This document shows positions 1 through 16,510 of a stretch of 64,000 bases of DNA, piece by piece. Both the position numbers and the translations under genes were made by a program. The stretch is taken from positions 54,188,001 to 54,252,000 of the forward strand of contig OX597832.1 of assembly GCA_951406725.2 (NCBI GenBank), read 5' to 3'. Position 1 is the stretch's first letter. Each line of letters begins with the position of its first letter. The notes below the pieces were generated by a model, which was not told where the DNA came from, did no database searches, and saw nothing but the letters and a program-made list of their open reading frames with translations. This stretch comes from Octopus vulgaris. Taxonomy: Eukaryota.

Positions 1-31
<31 letters not shown>

Positions 32-322
32 ACTGACATAGACACACAGAAACACTGATAATAGACACACACACATTCTCATACACACTGTCACCACACA
101 CACACACATTCACACTCACATAGACACACATCAACAAGCACTCGTATAAATAAACACAGATTCACATTCACACACATACACAGATACACACACACACACA
201 TACAATACATACACACACACACTCATACGCATACACACGCATATTCGTACATTCATGTTTTTGACTACATGTATTTGAATCATACATACAGACACAGACA
301 GATAAACACACACGCACACACG

Positions 323-361
<39 letters not shown>

Positions 362-462
362 AAGCATTATATTGCAGCATTATATTGCACTCTATTCAAC
401 CTAACTACACTATTGTGCACCACACCCTTGTCACATATATTCGCACACACACACACACACAT

Positions 463-502
<40 letters not shown>

Positions 503-598
503 GCACATACGCACACACAAAAACTCACAACGCACACATTTCACACACACACACATAAACGCCACACAGCCATCAGATGCCCATGCAATCCACACACT
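1..598. repeat. Degenerate (CA)n microsatellite field
   Basis: Interrupted CA/CACACAT runs; overlapping HT/VC-rich ORFs are artefacts. Confidence 0.95.
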
Positions 599-770
599 TA
601 AACATGCATCATCCATTAATCCCACATGCAATCTCCCGCAGCTACATGTCCGCAACCTACTTTTCCTTCGCACCTGCCCGAACCTGTGTGAATCCAACCC
701 ATAGGACAACATACCCCCTTCCAAATACTTAGAGCTTTTCGTCTTCCCCCTTATCCTTTCCCTTACCATA

Positions 771-830
<60 letters not shown>

Positions 831-831
<1 letters not shown>

Positions 832-1031
832 TTATTTTATTTTTCCTTCTTTCTTCAAAATTTTTCCGTTTCTCGCCGAGTGTTTTCCATACACCTAGGG
901 CAGAGAAGCTCATTGTATGCATTCGCAGATTACACACGCAAATTCACAGATAAAATATGTATTTAAAAATTAATAAATAAATAAATTCATGGATGGATGT
1001 TGTTTTCACAGCGATAATGCTCTTCTCAGTA

Positions 1032-1032
<1 letters not shown>
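831..1032 (-). mobile_element. 3' terminal fragment of an R4/Dong-like non-LTR element between (TTA)n tracts
   Basis: Minus strand starts gtactgagaagagcattatcgctgtga = VLRRALSL*, resembling the ILRKILSM* terminus at 47810. A 3'UTR follows, running into (AAT)n; TTA runs on both sides. Confidence 0.55.
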
Positions 1033-1115
<83 letters not shown>

Positions 1116-1512
1116 AGCGGCGAGTTGGCAGAATCGCTAGCATGCCGGGCGAAATGCTTAGCGGTATTTCGTCTGCCGTTACGTTCTGAGTTCAAATTCG
1201 GCCGAGCTCGACTTTGCCTTTCATCCTTTCGGGGTCGATTAAATAAGTACCAGTTACGCACTGGGTTCGATGTAATCGACTTAATCCGTTTGTTTGTCCT
1301 TTCTGTGTTTAGCCCCATGTGGGTAGTAAAGAAATAGACATTTTGTTCGTCGCTACGTTCTGAGTTCAAATTCCGCCGAAGTTGGCTTTGCCTTTCATCC
1401 TTTCGGGAAGGGGTGGATGGTCGATAAAAGAAGTACCAATCAACTACTGGGGTCGATCTGATCGACTGGTCCCCTCCCCCCCAAATTACTGCCCTCGCGG
1501 CAAAATTTGAAA
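1116..1512 (+). mobile_element. SINE family A, dimeric arrangement (head-core-tail1-core-tail2)
   Basis: tRNA-like head (tggcagaatcgctag ... gagttcaaattc), core gcctttcatcctttcggggtcgat, tail1 ending aagaaata, then a second core. Confidence 0.9.
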
Positions 1513-1520
1513 CCATTATT

Positions 1521-2070
1521 GAGTGAGAGAGCAGTGCATGCCATCAAAGTGACACTGGGGTAAAATATACGAAGCCCAGTATACCCATCATGACTACCTG
1601 TCTGATAAGGGTACACCAGGCACATGCATCACAACCATATGTGCACGACATGGTGATCTCATATCAAGATAACAGCACATGACTTTGCAGATGGGGCTCA
1701 GTTAAAATTTTCTTCTGGTCGAGTAACCCATCCTGCTCAAAAGGTCCCCGAATAAGGGTTGTTTAAGGATTTTGAACGAAACACCCATGTTTCCAAAGGT
1801 GAATTATTCAAACCCCAAAGTATCCCTCTCAACACAAGGCTATGATACTCCCCCACTACTGCTCGTTATCAGAGATGCACATATCGTCAGCCACTAAGGG
1901 ACATGCTCAACTGGTTAAGGTCAAACAACTGACAAGCAAATCTGGGGTATTGAGCACAATATTTACTGTAGCCCATCTTTTATACCAAGACAAAACAATG
2001 TACATGATAACACCTCCAATCAGTTAAGATCAGAAGCCACGAGAACCACTGTGTGGTACTGCATCAGGCC

Positions 2071-2074
<4 letters not shown>
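1521..2074 (-). mobile_element. Unclassified ~550-bp (TAA)n-associated non-autonomous element, copy 1
   Basis: Colinear with 50414-51011 and 51888-52445 with the same ends (gagtgagagagcag ... gcatcagggcattt-like). Long TTA run on the right, short attatt on the left. Strand inferred. Confidence 0.85.
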
Positions 2075-2155
<81 letters not shown>

Positions 2156-2195
2156 ATTATTATTATTAATATTATTATTATTATTATTGTTATTA

Positions 2196-2650
2196 CATGT
2201 TAGACTTTTGCTTTGTATTTGTACAAGTTGGCTCCAAGTCTCACCCAAAGACCTCAAGAGACAACAAGTTAGAGGTTCCAGCTGGTGTTATGACTAGGGA
2301 GCCTGGTATTTGCTTTGCCTAAAGTCTTGTTCTAGAGAATGTTTAAGAAAACATAAGAAAATTATAAGCTTGTTTTAAAATTTGAGATTACATAGCATTT
2401 TACGTAGGATATGGGCCGTTCCCATGTGCACTATCTTTTGAATTTCTGCTACTTCTGGATATGTGCTAGGTTGCAATCTGCCCCGTTTTGCTATCATTCC
2501 TAATGCACTTATGATAACAGGTATTGGTTTAGTCTTGAGGTTCCACATTTTGCCAATTTCTTTTTCAAGATCTTTATACTTGCTCAGTTTTTGGTAGGTC
2601 TTGACAGATTCAATTATGCCGATTGGGACAGTCATATCGATGAGCAGGCA
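2196..2650 (-). mobile_element. R4/Dong-clade LINE 3' fragment (RLE C-terminus plus 3'UTR)
   Basis: Translation CLLIDMTVP..KTYQKLSKYKDLEKEIGKMW..QKIVHMGTAHILRK nearly matches ORF 47810-48838. The 3'UTR matches 47586-47700 and ends in (AAT)n. Confidence 0.9.
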
Positions 2651-2720
2651 TATTATACTCCTCCTCCTCCTTGTTATTATTATTTCTTTTATTCTAACAC
2701 ACAATACACTGAGAAATGCA

Positions 2721-2749
<29 letters not shown>

Positions 2750-2753
<4 letters not shown>

Positions 2754-2880
2754 CGGGCTTCTTTCAGTTTCCGTCTACCAAATCCACTCACAATGTTTCG
2801 GTCAGCTCCATGCTATAGTAGAAAATACTTGCCCAAGGTGCAATGCGGTGGGACTGAACCTGGAATCACGTGGTTAGGAA
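2750..2880 (-). mobile_element. SINE family B head fragment
   Basis: Reverse complement of ggttcagtcccac..ccttgggcaagt..ggaaactgaaagaagcccgtcg. Confidence 0.85.
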
Positions 2881-3480
2881 TCACTTTTTTTTTCTTTTTT
2901 TAAACAGCAGTTGCGATTTGAAGGAGTTTTTGGCTACCATTTCTAGCATGTTGGACTACCACTTAGAGGCTCCTTCCTTGTCTCGACTGATTTTAACCAT
3001 TTTTAGTTTTTTGAAAGGAAGCAAATGTCTGCTGCGTACGTCCTGTTACTTATTAAGCAATTCCGCATTTCAAATTTCCGACTGCTGGTATCAGTTTTCT
3101 AAAAGTCAGGATACGACCCGCTAATTGGTTTGTTGTCTAGTTGTGGACGTTGGGGTGTTTATTTCAGGTTTATATTTCGAACCAATGTTAATGATTGATT
3201 TGATGATCAATTTTTCTGTTTATTTTAGGTGTCTCCCAAAGTTGGTTGTATGTGTTATATCAGCTGCCGCGATATTGTCTAGTTTTTTTTTTGTTTTCTG
3301 CTGTTGTGTAATACAATACATTACAATGACGGCTTAGATACAGATGTATGGCCAGGCAGCCAAGTTGCCAGACAGCTGCCAGATAGCAGGACAAACCAGC
3401 CAACCTGGCAGACAGGCAGGCAACCAAGTAGCCAGACAGCCAGTATGTGTATGTATATATATATGTATATATATATATAT

Positions 3481-3900
3481 ATCACGCGATCACGCGACTG
3501 ACCAGACCATCAGATGTTGCTACACATCGCTCGACGAAGAGCTTCGCTCGAAACGTTAAACCCTCCTTCCCTTCTTTCCTGAGCGTCAAATAATACTTTA
3601 ATTGTTCCACGTCCTCGCGTTGCTGTGTTTTTTTCTGTGTTTTCTTGTTTGGATTAACTTTATATATATATATACATATATATATATATACACACAGATT
3701 GGGATAGGGGTTGTAAATGCAACCCTCTATAGGATAACGTATATCCGATATACTGCTAGTGAAGTACCCAACAAAGTTAATTTATCTTGTATTCGTATAT
3801 ATATATATATATATAGTTAATCCAAACATGAACAAAGAGAAAGCACAACAACCCGAGGACGTGGAACAAGTATAGTGTTATTGGACGCTCAGGAAAGGAA
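3481..3900. mobile_element. Cluster of Penelope-like terminal fragments in (TA)n, including an inverted pair
   Basis: 3575-3660 and 3815-3900 are inverted copies of the segment also at 40850-40930. 3696-3780 recurs at 15260-15345. Degenerate hammerhead-like motif at 3530-3561. Confidence 0.55.
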
Positions 3901-4080
3901 AGAAGAAGAAGAAGAAGAAGAAGAAGAAGAAGAAGAAGAAGAAGAAGAAGAAGAAGAAGAAGAAGAAGAAGACAAGAGCAACAACAGTTATAGCAACAGC
4001 AACAACAGCAACAACAGCAACAATAGTAGCAGCAGCAGCACCAGTTACAACAACAGCAAGTACGACAATAATAACACTAA
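3898..4080. repeat. (GAA)n and (CAA/CAG)n microsatellites
   Basis: Direct inspection. Confidence 0.95.
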
Positions 4081-4617
4081 CTAAAAGAACAAGAGCCACA
4101 GCTGTTGAGTTCATGATGTTTGCAACATTCATACGTGCAGTTGGATCTTTATATTACATTGGTTGCGTAGAGTTTATTCACAACTTTACAATTTGTTCTT
4201 TACAAAGAAATTCCTTAAAGTCGTTGGTGTCGTTCAATCAACTTTAATATATGGTGGTCGTGCAGTTAACTCACGTCAACAGTTTTTGTAACAAAATGCA
4301 ATAGTGTAACAAACAATGAACAAGGAGTTTTGAAGTTGTTGTAACAACAACAAGTAGACTTCTGTTGTCTATTGTCTGTCATTCTACACTCTTCTGTTAT
4401 ACCTCGTTTGACGACGTTTGACTGCATAGTCGCTACATTCACATTTTAAGCACGTATGCTTAAGATACACCAACGCATCGTGTCCAGCAAATAACACATA
4501 ATTGGCACCAGACGAAAGGGAGTGTCGCGAAACGTTGGATTCAAAACTCATGAATTACACATTATCACTATTAATGGTAGTTTATTTTTAGATGCTCTCT
4601 CTGTCTGTCTCTCTCTG

Positions 4618-4724
<107 letters not shown>

Positions 4725-4839
4725 GTGTCTTTTTTTTAATAAGGAATGTTCGTCTGTTCTGTCGAGGAATAATCAAAGCACTTTTTTATTATTACACACC
4801 CGATTTCTTGCCTCAAAGATAGAATATGCATACATATCT

Positions 4840-6760
<1,921 letters not shown>

Positions 6761-6774
6761 AATATGATACAATG

Positions 6775-6854
<80 letters not shown>

Positions 6855-7349
6855 ACTTTATTCCACTTCTTCGAGATATTTCGTGGTTTACTTGGGGAGG
6901 AATTCTGAAGAATTTTCTCCGATAGGACCAAGTCTCAAGAATTGCTTAGGGTATTGTGTTTCGCCACATTTAAAAGCCATGCATTCATTTGTGTGTGTGT
7001 GTATTCGTGTGTGTGTATGCGTATGTATGTATGTATGTATGTATGTATGTATGTATGTATGTATGTATGTATGTATGTATCTATTTATGTATGTATGTAT
7101 GTATGCATGGTTATGTCTCTGTGTGTCAGTGTATGCGTGTGAAATAGGGTTTATTTATGTGTGTGAATGTGTGCATAAGCGTGTGTGTGTGTGTCTTTGC
7201 GCGCGTGTGTGTGTGTGTCTTTGCCTGTGTGTGTGCGCGTATGTACACTTGTCTATGTGTGTGTGTATGTAATTGCGTGTGTATATGTATGTGCATGCAT
7301 GTATTTGCGCGTGTGTATGTGTATACTGTATGTGCATGCGCGTGTATAC

Positions 7350-7382
<33 letters not shown>

Positions 7383-7747
7383 TGTATGTATGTATGTATG
7401 TATGTACGCATGCATGTATGTATGTCACTGTGTATGTCTGTGAGTGTATGCATGCGTGCGTACGTGTTTATGCGTGCGGGCGTGTGTATGTGTGTACTAC
7501 AAAGCCAAGAGGACAAACACCCCACTATACACACGAATATTGTTTACAACATTATACACATACCAAAGTTTAACTTGAAATAGTTTCTGCTTCTCTGTTA
7601 CTTAGAGAGACACGGGTGGGGGATGGGGTGGAAGGAAGAGGGCGGGGAGCAGTGACCATGGCCTTTTGCGGACCCTTCGCAACTCCGCCCTCTTCTGCAA
7701 GACTTGATGAGATCAATAGGGTCCATACATACTTCAGTAGGACAACG

Positions 7748-8600
<853 letters not shown>

Positions 8601-8899
8601 TGTGGGCGGTGAGCAAATTCCATAGAGATGACGTTCTCAGAAAGAACGACGATGGTAGACAAAAAGTTTAGCACCGAGAGTCTGGATGAGGACGGTGTAT
8701 GCGAGTATGGGGGAAGGGCACTGAGACACGTCAGGGGGTAGGCACGGGAAGAAGACAGACCAGCGAATCGTGTGGGACCGGCTGATGGGAAATATGAAGC
8801 TGGGTTAGTTGCTCAGAGATGCTTGGACCCTTATAAAAAATAAAAAGGAGGAGAAAGAAAACATCTTTGAGATATCAGTGTGTAATTTTTTCTCAGTCA

Positions 8900-9302
8900 G
8901 GCGCAGGAGTGGCTGTGTGGTAAGTAGCTTGTTTACCAACCACATGGATCCAGGTTCAGTCCCACTGCGTGACACCTTGGTCTAGTGTCTTCTACTATAG
9001 CCTCGGGCCGACTAAAGCCTTGTGAGTGGATTTGGTAGACGGAAACTGAAAAGAAGCCCGTCGTATATATGTATATACATATATATGCGTGTGTGTGTTT
9101 GTCCCCCTAGCATTGCTTGACAACCGATGCTGGTGTGTTTATATCCCCGTTACTTAGCGGTTCGGCAAAATAGACCGATAGAATAAGTACTGGGCTTACA
9201 AAAAGAATAAGTCCCGGGGTCGAGTTGCTCGATTAAAGGCTGTGCTCTAGCGTGGCCGCAGTCAAATGACTGAAACAAGTAAAAGAGTAAAAGAGTAAAG
9301 AG
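8900..9302 (+). mobile_element. SINE family B, full length, 23-bp TSD
   Basis: tRNA-like head ggcgcaggagtggctgtgtggt..ggttcagtccc, CORE-like ccttgg..agtgtctt, internal microsatellite, (gtaaaaga)n tail. TSD agtgtgtaattttttctcagtca at 8877-8899 and 9303-9325. Confidence 0.95.
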
Positions 9303-9538
9303 AGTGTGTAATTTTTTCTCAGTCAAAGGATTGGCCTTCTTTTGGTTGCTATCTAAGGGGGTTGCTATGCGCCGTCATCTCCCGTCCTTCTCACATCCCC
9401 TGCTGGGTTTCCGTCCCTCTTCTTCCTCTGTGTCTCTACCTTCCTCGCTCTTACATTATTTTCGCCCCTTCTACTTCTCACGCTTCTTACATGCCTTTTT
9501 TTGTTGTAAGACACATGACCAACCAGCGAGTAAACCAG

Positions 9539-9622
<84 letters not shown>

Positions 9623-9655
9623 AAGGAGTTTTGTGAGGACAGAAGCAAGCTCTAG

Positions 9656-9884
9656 AGGCGAGCTGGCAGAAACGTTAGCACGCCGGGCGAAATGCTTAGC
9701 AATATTTCGTTTGTCGCGACGTTCTGAGTTCAAATTCCGTCGTGGTCGACTTTCTCTATCATCCTTTCGGGGTCGATAAATTAAGTACCAGTTACACACT
9801 GGGGTCGATCTAATTGACTTAATCCGTTTGTCTGTCCTTGTTTGTCCCTTCTGTGTTTAGCCCCTTGTGGGCAGTAAAGAAATA
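9656..9884 (+). mobile_element. SINE family A, full length, tail1
   Basis: Head, core and tail1; imperfect TSD agaagcaa(g/c)ctctaga. Confidence 0.92.
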
Positions 9885-10059
9885 AGAAGCAACCTCTAGA
9901 GAGCACAATATTTGACGATGTTGGAATTGGGGCCGTTGTAAGTGGTGGTGTCGTGGTTGGATTGGAGAAAAGTGTTTCTTTCTGTATACACGTATTGGTG
10001 ATCCTGGAACATGGAGATGAAAAATAGGACAAGATTTTGGTGTGTATGTGTCCGAGTGT

Positions 10060-10660
10060 GTATGTATACATGTATGTATGTATGTATGTATGTTTGTATG
10101 TATGTATGTATGTATGTATGTATGTATGTATGTATGTATGTATGTATGCATGTATGTATGGATGTATGTATGTATGCATGTTTGTATGTATGTATGTATG
10201 TATGTATGTATGTATGTATGTATGTATGTATGAATGTATGTATGTATGTATGCATGTATGTATGGATGTATGTATGTATGCATGTTTGTATGTATGTTAT
10301 GTATGTATGTATGTATGTATAAATGTATGTATGTATGTATGCATGGATGTATGGATGGATGTATGTATGCATGTTTGTATGTTTGTATGTATGTATGTAT
10401 GAATGTATGTATGCATGTATGTATGGATGTATGTATGTTTGTATGTATGTATGTATGTATATGTATGTTTGTATGTATGTATGTTTGTATGTATGTATGT
10501 ATGTATGTGTGTGTGTATGTGCGTGTGTGTGTGTGAGCGTGAGAAAAAGAAAGAGATAGAGAGACAGAGTGATAGATAGTGTGTGTATTTACTAGAGAAA
10601 GAAGAGAAATGAGGAGAGAGTGTATGTCTGTGAGAGAGGGGAGAGAGAGAGAAAGAAGGA

Positions 10661-10712
<52 letters not shown>

Positions 10713-10715
10713 GAA
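10060..10715. repeat. (TATG)n, (GA)n and (GAAA)n microsatellites
   Basis: Direct inspection. Confidence 0.95.
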
Positions 10716-10918
10716 AAAGTTTGTATCAGCATGAGCTGAAAGAAAGTACATTCGAAAAAGAATACCCTGAAGTCAACAGCCGCTTTTATTATTCGTAGCT
10801 TTGGAGAACAGTACCAAGCAATGCACTGGGGTTGATATGCTTTTCAAATTAGTGCTCCAGCATGGCCGTAACCAAATTAATGAAATCTGTTAAAAAATAC
10901 CTTATTTGTCAGTTATGT

Positions 10919-11434
10919 GTTGTGACCCCCTTCAGTCATGAATGACCATGGGATTGAACCTAGTAAGTTACCCTCCGTGGTACAAGTCTGGGCAAGGTTG
11001 TTTATGGAAGACCAGCAATCGCCCACGCATACCAGACTCCCCTCTCCACGCCACCGATGTTATCCAAGGGAAAGGCAAAGGGGCTGATACAGCTTGGCAC
11101 CAGTGACGTCGCAGCTCATTTATTAACGTGTAAGTGGCCGAGCTCTCCACAGACACGTGTACCCTTAAAGTAGTTCTCAGGGAGATTCAGCGTGACACAG
11201 AGTGTGACAAGGCTGGCACTTTGAAATACAGGTACAACAGAAAAAGGGAAGAAAGAGTGAGAGAAAGTTGTGGCGAAAGAGTACAGCAGGGTTCACCCCC
11301 CCCCCTGCCGAAGCTTCGAGGAACTTTAGGTGTTTTCGCTCAATAAATTCTCACAATGCCCGGTTTGGGAATCGAAATCGCGATCCTACGACAGCGAGTC
11401 CGCTGCCCTAACCACTGGACCATTGCGCCTCGAC
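10919..11434 (-). mobile_element. Composite SINE family C with an RTE-like terminal module, 12-bp TSD
   Basis: tRNA-like head at 11360-11431; same composite at 36407-36925. TSD tgtcagttatgt at 10907-10918 and 11435-11446. Confidence 0.8.
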
Positions 11435-11479
11435 TGTCAGTTATGTAACGGTTGAATATTTGCCTTTTACCTTTACTTC

Positions 11480-11778
11480 TCCGCATAGAGAGGTCACAGC
11501 TTCTCTGGACATGTGATTAGAATGTCGAAGGGAAGTGTTCCAAGACGGATACTTCAAACTGAGCCAAGTGGCAGGGGACTTTGGCGTAGACCATGAAGAA
11601 GATGGTTCGACAATATCCATTGTCTTAGTTGATCATACTTAAGAATCAAGTCGCAAAGTGTAATGACGGTCAATTCTGATAGAATCTTCTGGAGATTGGT
11701 GCTTGAGGGCTCTAACCTTACCACCCACCCCGGGGAATAGTAGATGGGAAACATGGATGGATGGACGGACGGACGGAC
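11480..11778 (+). mobile_element. RTE-clade (Rex3/Expander-like) LINE 3' fragment
   Basis: Translates GHVIRMSKGSVPRRILQTEPSGRGLWRRP*RRWFDNI, the RTE C-terminal GH..R / GRP..RW.D motif, and ends in a (GATG/GACG)n tail. Confidence 0.7.
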
Positions 11779-12085
11779 TTAATTCAGCAGAACTACCCCT
11801 TATTCCTTATTCTTTAACTATAAGATAACATTCCAGTTTGTAAAGACTAATTCCTTTAACTGCTTTTGAAATTATCTCAACGGATTTTCTATGGAAATTA
11901 GAGGCAGCACTGAAAGTTGCAATGTCTCATATATGAATACGTCTTTGTAAACAATGCGACTGAAGGTAGAAAACTATAAAAGATAATGGAAGTATATTAT
12001 GGTTGCATAACGAGATAAAGTGTCCCTACAAGCAATTAATATGTACATACCAGTTGTCAGAAGTGTGTTTAGCATTCAAAATTGG

Positions 12086-12244
12086 TAGGAGTGGCTGTGT
12101 GGTAAGTAGCTTGCTTACGAACCACATGGTTCCGGGTTCAGTCCCACTGTATGACACCTTGGGCAAGTGTCTTCTACTATAGCCTCGGGCCGACCAAAGC
12201 CTCGTGAGTGGATTTGGTAGACGGAAACTGAAAGAAGCCTGGCG

Positions 12245-12278
<34 letters not shown>

Positions 12279-12512
12279 CGTGTGTGTATATGTTTCTGTA
12301 TCTGTGTTTGTCCCCCCCACTAACATCGCTTGACAACCGATGCTGGTGTGTTTACGTCCCCGTAACTTAGCGGTTCGGCAAAAGAGACCGATAGAATAAG
12401 TACTAGGCTTACAAAGAATAAGTCCTGGGATCGATTTGCACGATCGACTAAAGGCAGTGCTCCAGCATGGCCGCAGTCAAATGACTGAAACAAGTAAAAG
12501 CGTAAAAGAGTA
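12086..12512 (+). mobile_element. SINE family B
   Basis: Matches 8900-9302. Confidence 0.93.
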
Positions 12513-12795
12513 TATCTAATTGTGTTACACAGCTAAATTTAGTGACTATTTAAGCCGAGTGTTCATGGATTGTTAATGGGTTGAATGTAGTGCCGAAGAA
12601 GGAGCAAGAATTGAAACGTGTGTATACACCCATTACCAATTTTTCTGTCTCCGATCGCATTGTTTACATTAGACGTGTTCGTATAGGAACCGTCGTAATT
12701 TTCAATGTTGTCTCTTATTTCTATAGAAAATCTTTAAAAAGTGACTGTATCGCACTGCTAACACAGACAGGACACAGCATTGACTTCAAATTCTT

Positions 12796-12928
12796 TGCTT
12801 ACGAACCACATGGTTCCGGGTTCAGTCCCACTGCGTGACACTTTGGGCAAGTGTCTTCTACTATAGCCTCGGGTCGACAAAAGCCTTGTGAGTGGATTTG
12901 GTAGACGGAAACTGAAAGAAGCCCGTCG

Positions 12929-13003
<75 letters not shown>

Positions 13004-13143
13004 GTGCATATGTTTGTGTGTCTGTGTTTGTCCCCCCTAACATCGCTTGACAACCGATGGTGGTATGTTTAGCTCGACTAAAGGCGGTGCTCCAGCATGG
13101 CCACGGTCAAATGACTGAAACAAGTAAAAGAGTAAAAGAATAT
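12796..13143 (+). mobile_element. SINE family B, 5'-truncated with internal deletion
   Basis: Matches family B; the central 3' segment is missing. Confidence 0.9.
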
Positions 13144-13974
13144 ACTCGGTAGTATATTACAGTTGCATAACGAAATACGGTGTCCCTACCAGCAATTACT
13201 AATTCCTTTAACCACATAAATACCAGCTGTGATTGTTTTTGACGATTTGACTGTGTTTCTGAAAACGAAAATTTAGCATTTTAGAAATCGATGTCATTAA
13301 TTAGAGTATCAATAATATATAACTTCAGTCATTAAAGATTCTTTCTCATAATGGATGGCATTAAATGAACTTCGATACTTACAAATAATACAATTATTTG
13401 ATATAGATATTGCTCTATTAGTTTCAGTGGATTGGAGTCGTTTTACTAATGATGATTATTTTTGTAGGGTAGGAATAATTTGGCCTTTAAAATCGTTGGA
13501 GATAAAGAAATTACTTTTATCGCTGCACATTCCGGAAAGATAAACATAGACCGGTTTGTTTGTATTAGTATCTATCGATAAAACGTAAATCACGTGCGAT
13601 AAAATATTTGATATACGATAGAGTATTAGTTACATCGGATAAAATGTTTGATACTCGGCTTAGTGTTCGTCATTCGAGATAAAATATTTCCCCCTCCTTT
13701 ATCATATTATTTTTAGAGTCAACAATACATTCGAAGATCTTGTCAGACATTATTGCAGATTAATTCCAAGTTTCCAAGTCAGACCTGGTCTCTCAGTCTT
13801 TATGGCATCAAGGAAAACGGTTGGACGACTAAGAACAAGTCATTGATTTATTGTCCGATCTGTGTGTTGATCTGTGTTCTACTATTTGTTGTTCGGCTGG
13901 CGTTCCATTCGTGACCATACCATCTTTTAATCAGACAGAACGTCTATCATGTTTGTGTATCGTGTCCAAAACCC

Positions 13975-14340
13975 AAAATTTTTGGGGAGGAGGCCAGTCG
14001 ATTAGATCAACCCCAGTACGCAACTGGTATTTAATTTATCGATCCCGAAAGGATGAAAGGCAAAGTCGACCTCGGCGGAATTTGAACTCAGAACGTAACG
14101 GCAGACGAAATACCTATTTCTTTACTACCCACAAGGAGCTAAACACAAAGGACAAACAAGGACAAAGGGATTAAGTCGATTATATCGACCCCAGTGCATA
14201 ACTGGTACTTAATTTATCGACCCCGAAAGGATGAAAGGCAAAGTCGACCTCGGAGGAATTTGAACTCAGAACGTAGCGGCAGACGAAATACCGCTAAGCA
14301 TCTTGCCCGGCGTGCTAACGTTTCTGCCATCCCGCCACCT
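13975..14340 (-). mobile_element. SINE family A dimer
   Basis: Junction aagaaata|ggtatttcgtctgcc on the minus strand near 14113. Confidence 0.9.
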
Positions 14341-14459
14341 TAAGAGTGTTGTAGATATTGTAATAGCAATGATACCTTTCGGCAAAAAGTGTTTTGGGTG
14401 TATATTTTGGGATTTTGTCTCTTCCAGAAGTTTTTGGACTTTAAAATTGTTTTTGGTCA

Positions 14460-14835
14460 GAAATCATTAACGTGCCGGGTATAATGCTTAGTGGAATTTC
14501 ATCCGCCATTACGTCCTGAGTTCAAATTTCGCCGAGGTCGACTCTACCTTTCATTCTTTCGGGGTTGATAGAATAAATACCAGCTGAGCACTGGGGTCTA
14601 AAATTTCACGCCCCGTACTAAAATAGACAGGAATATCATTTGTGGGCCCAAGACGGTGAGCTGGCAAAATCTTTAGCACGACAGACAAAAATGTTCAGCG
14701 ATGTTTCTTCTGGTTTTGCGTCCTGAATCTAATAACTCCGAGATCGACTTTGCTTCGATTTTCATCCTTTCGGGGCCGATAAAATAAGTACCAGTTGAGC
14801 CCAAATTTCAGGCTTTGTACCTATTGCAGAAAGAA
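14460..14835 (+). mobile_element. Two older, diverged SINE family A copies in tandem
   Basis: Degenerate heads and cores (ttcattctttcggggttgat; ttcatcctttcggggccgat). Confidence 0.75.
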
Positions 14836-15175
14836 ACATTTCTGAGTCCAAATGCAAGATACATATTTCTAAATTTATGTGACTGTCTCCGCTGAGTGAG
14901 CTTAGAATGTCAGATATTTGAAAAATTTCTGATTAAGGGTGTTTGTTTACTGTGACTATGTTATCGGAGATTACTAATGTGATGTTTAGTGAGGCCATTG
15001 CTGATATCAGTACACATAAGACAAAATAGCTTGTGGTGATTCTTTCGGTTTTTTGCAGTGTCTGGGCCGGTCACGTGTGACCTATATAACAGCCAGAGAC
15101 AGAGATTATGAAAGATCAATGAATTGCATTGATTAATTTTTTTATACTAGAATTTGACAACTCAGGCAAGTGGTA

Positions 15176-15210
<35 letters not shown>

Positions 15211-15259
15211 TGTATGTATGTATGTATGTATGTATGTATGTATGTATGTATGTATGTAT

Positions 15260-15522
15260 ACAAATTGAGATAGGGGTTGTAAATGCATCCCTTTATGGGA
15301 TAACATATATCCAATATACTGCTAGTGAAGTACCCAACAAAGTTAATACATAAATGTTAATGATTGCGATGCAATCAATTCATTTACTGTATTATATGGG
15401 CGAAGGTAAAATGATTTACCACAAATTACTAATACAAGATAAGAAAATGGAGAAATACATCTAAATCAAATATCAATTACCAGATAATACTCAATCACAT
15501 ACTTTATTAAACCAATATACAC

Positions 15523-15571
<49 letters not shown>

Positions 15572-15930
15572 GTAGAAAAATACAACATGGACAAGAACGT
15601 ATAACTCTTAGAAGACGATACAATAAACACGGACAGGACATTCGAAACCCTCAGTCTTCAGTCAAGAACCGGATCATCGTAGTAATTTCGGCTGATTAAT
15701 CTTGAGATTACTAGATCACGGCCAGCCCTCCAAGAAAAACTAAGCAACGAGCATTAGAAAAACTAAGCTGGAAGCGTAGATTTCCTGGAAGAAGGATCGA
15801 ATGCATACGAACACCAGGACAGCAAAAGGGACAGATATAAAAAAAAACAATAATGGAATACAGAAACATGAAATACAGAAGCATTAACGGTGAAAACAAC
15901 AAGTGTCTTACGACTGATAACAAGCAAACA
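15260..15930. mobile_element. Penelope-like non-coding fragments in (TATG)n/(TA)n
   Basis: 15260-15345 matches 3696-3780; bounded by TA runs. Family assignment is inference. Confidence 0.4.
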
Positions 15931-15949
15931 AATTTATATATATATGGAG

Positions 15950-16342
15950 TGTTTTCTTTTATTCTTTTACTTGTTTCAGTCATTTGACTGCGGCCATGTG
16001 GGAGCATTGCCTTAAAGGGTTTTAGTCGAAGAAATCGACCTTAGGAGTTCTTCTTTGTAAGCCTAGTACTTATTCTATCGGTAGCTTTCTATCGGGGACG
16101 TAAACACACCAACATCGGTCGTCAGGTGATGGTGGGGGGACAAATACAGACTCACAAATACACACACACACATACATATCTATATACATATATACATACA
16201 TATCTATATACATATATACATACATACATACATACCTATATACATACGTACATGCATACATACATACATACATACATACATACATACATACGTACATACA
16301 CAATACATACATATATACACACACACATATATATGTATGTAT

Positions 16343-16390
<48 letters not shown>

Positions 16391-16510
16391 GACGGGCTCC
16401 TTACAGATTCCGTCTTCAAAATCTCGTCATAAGGTTTTGGTCGGTCTGTGGCTATAGTAGAAGACACTTGCCCAATGTGTCACGCAGGTGGGACTGAACC
16501 CGGAACCATG
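15950..16510 (-). mobile_element. SINE family B with expanded internal microsatellite
   Basis: 3' half at 15950-16160, head at 16389-16510, (TACA)/(TA) between. Confidence 0.88.
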
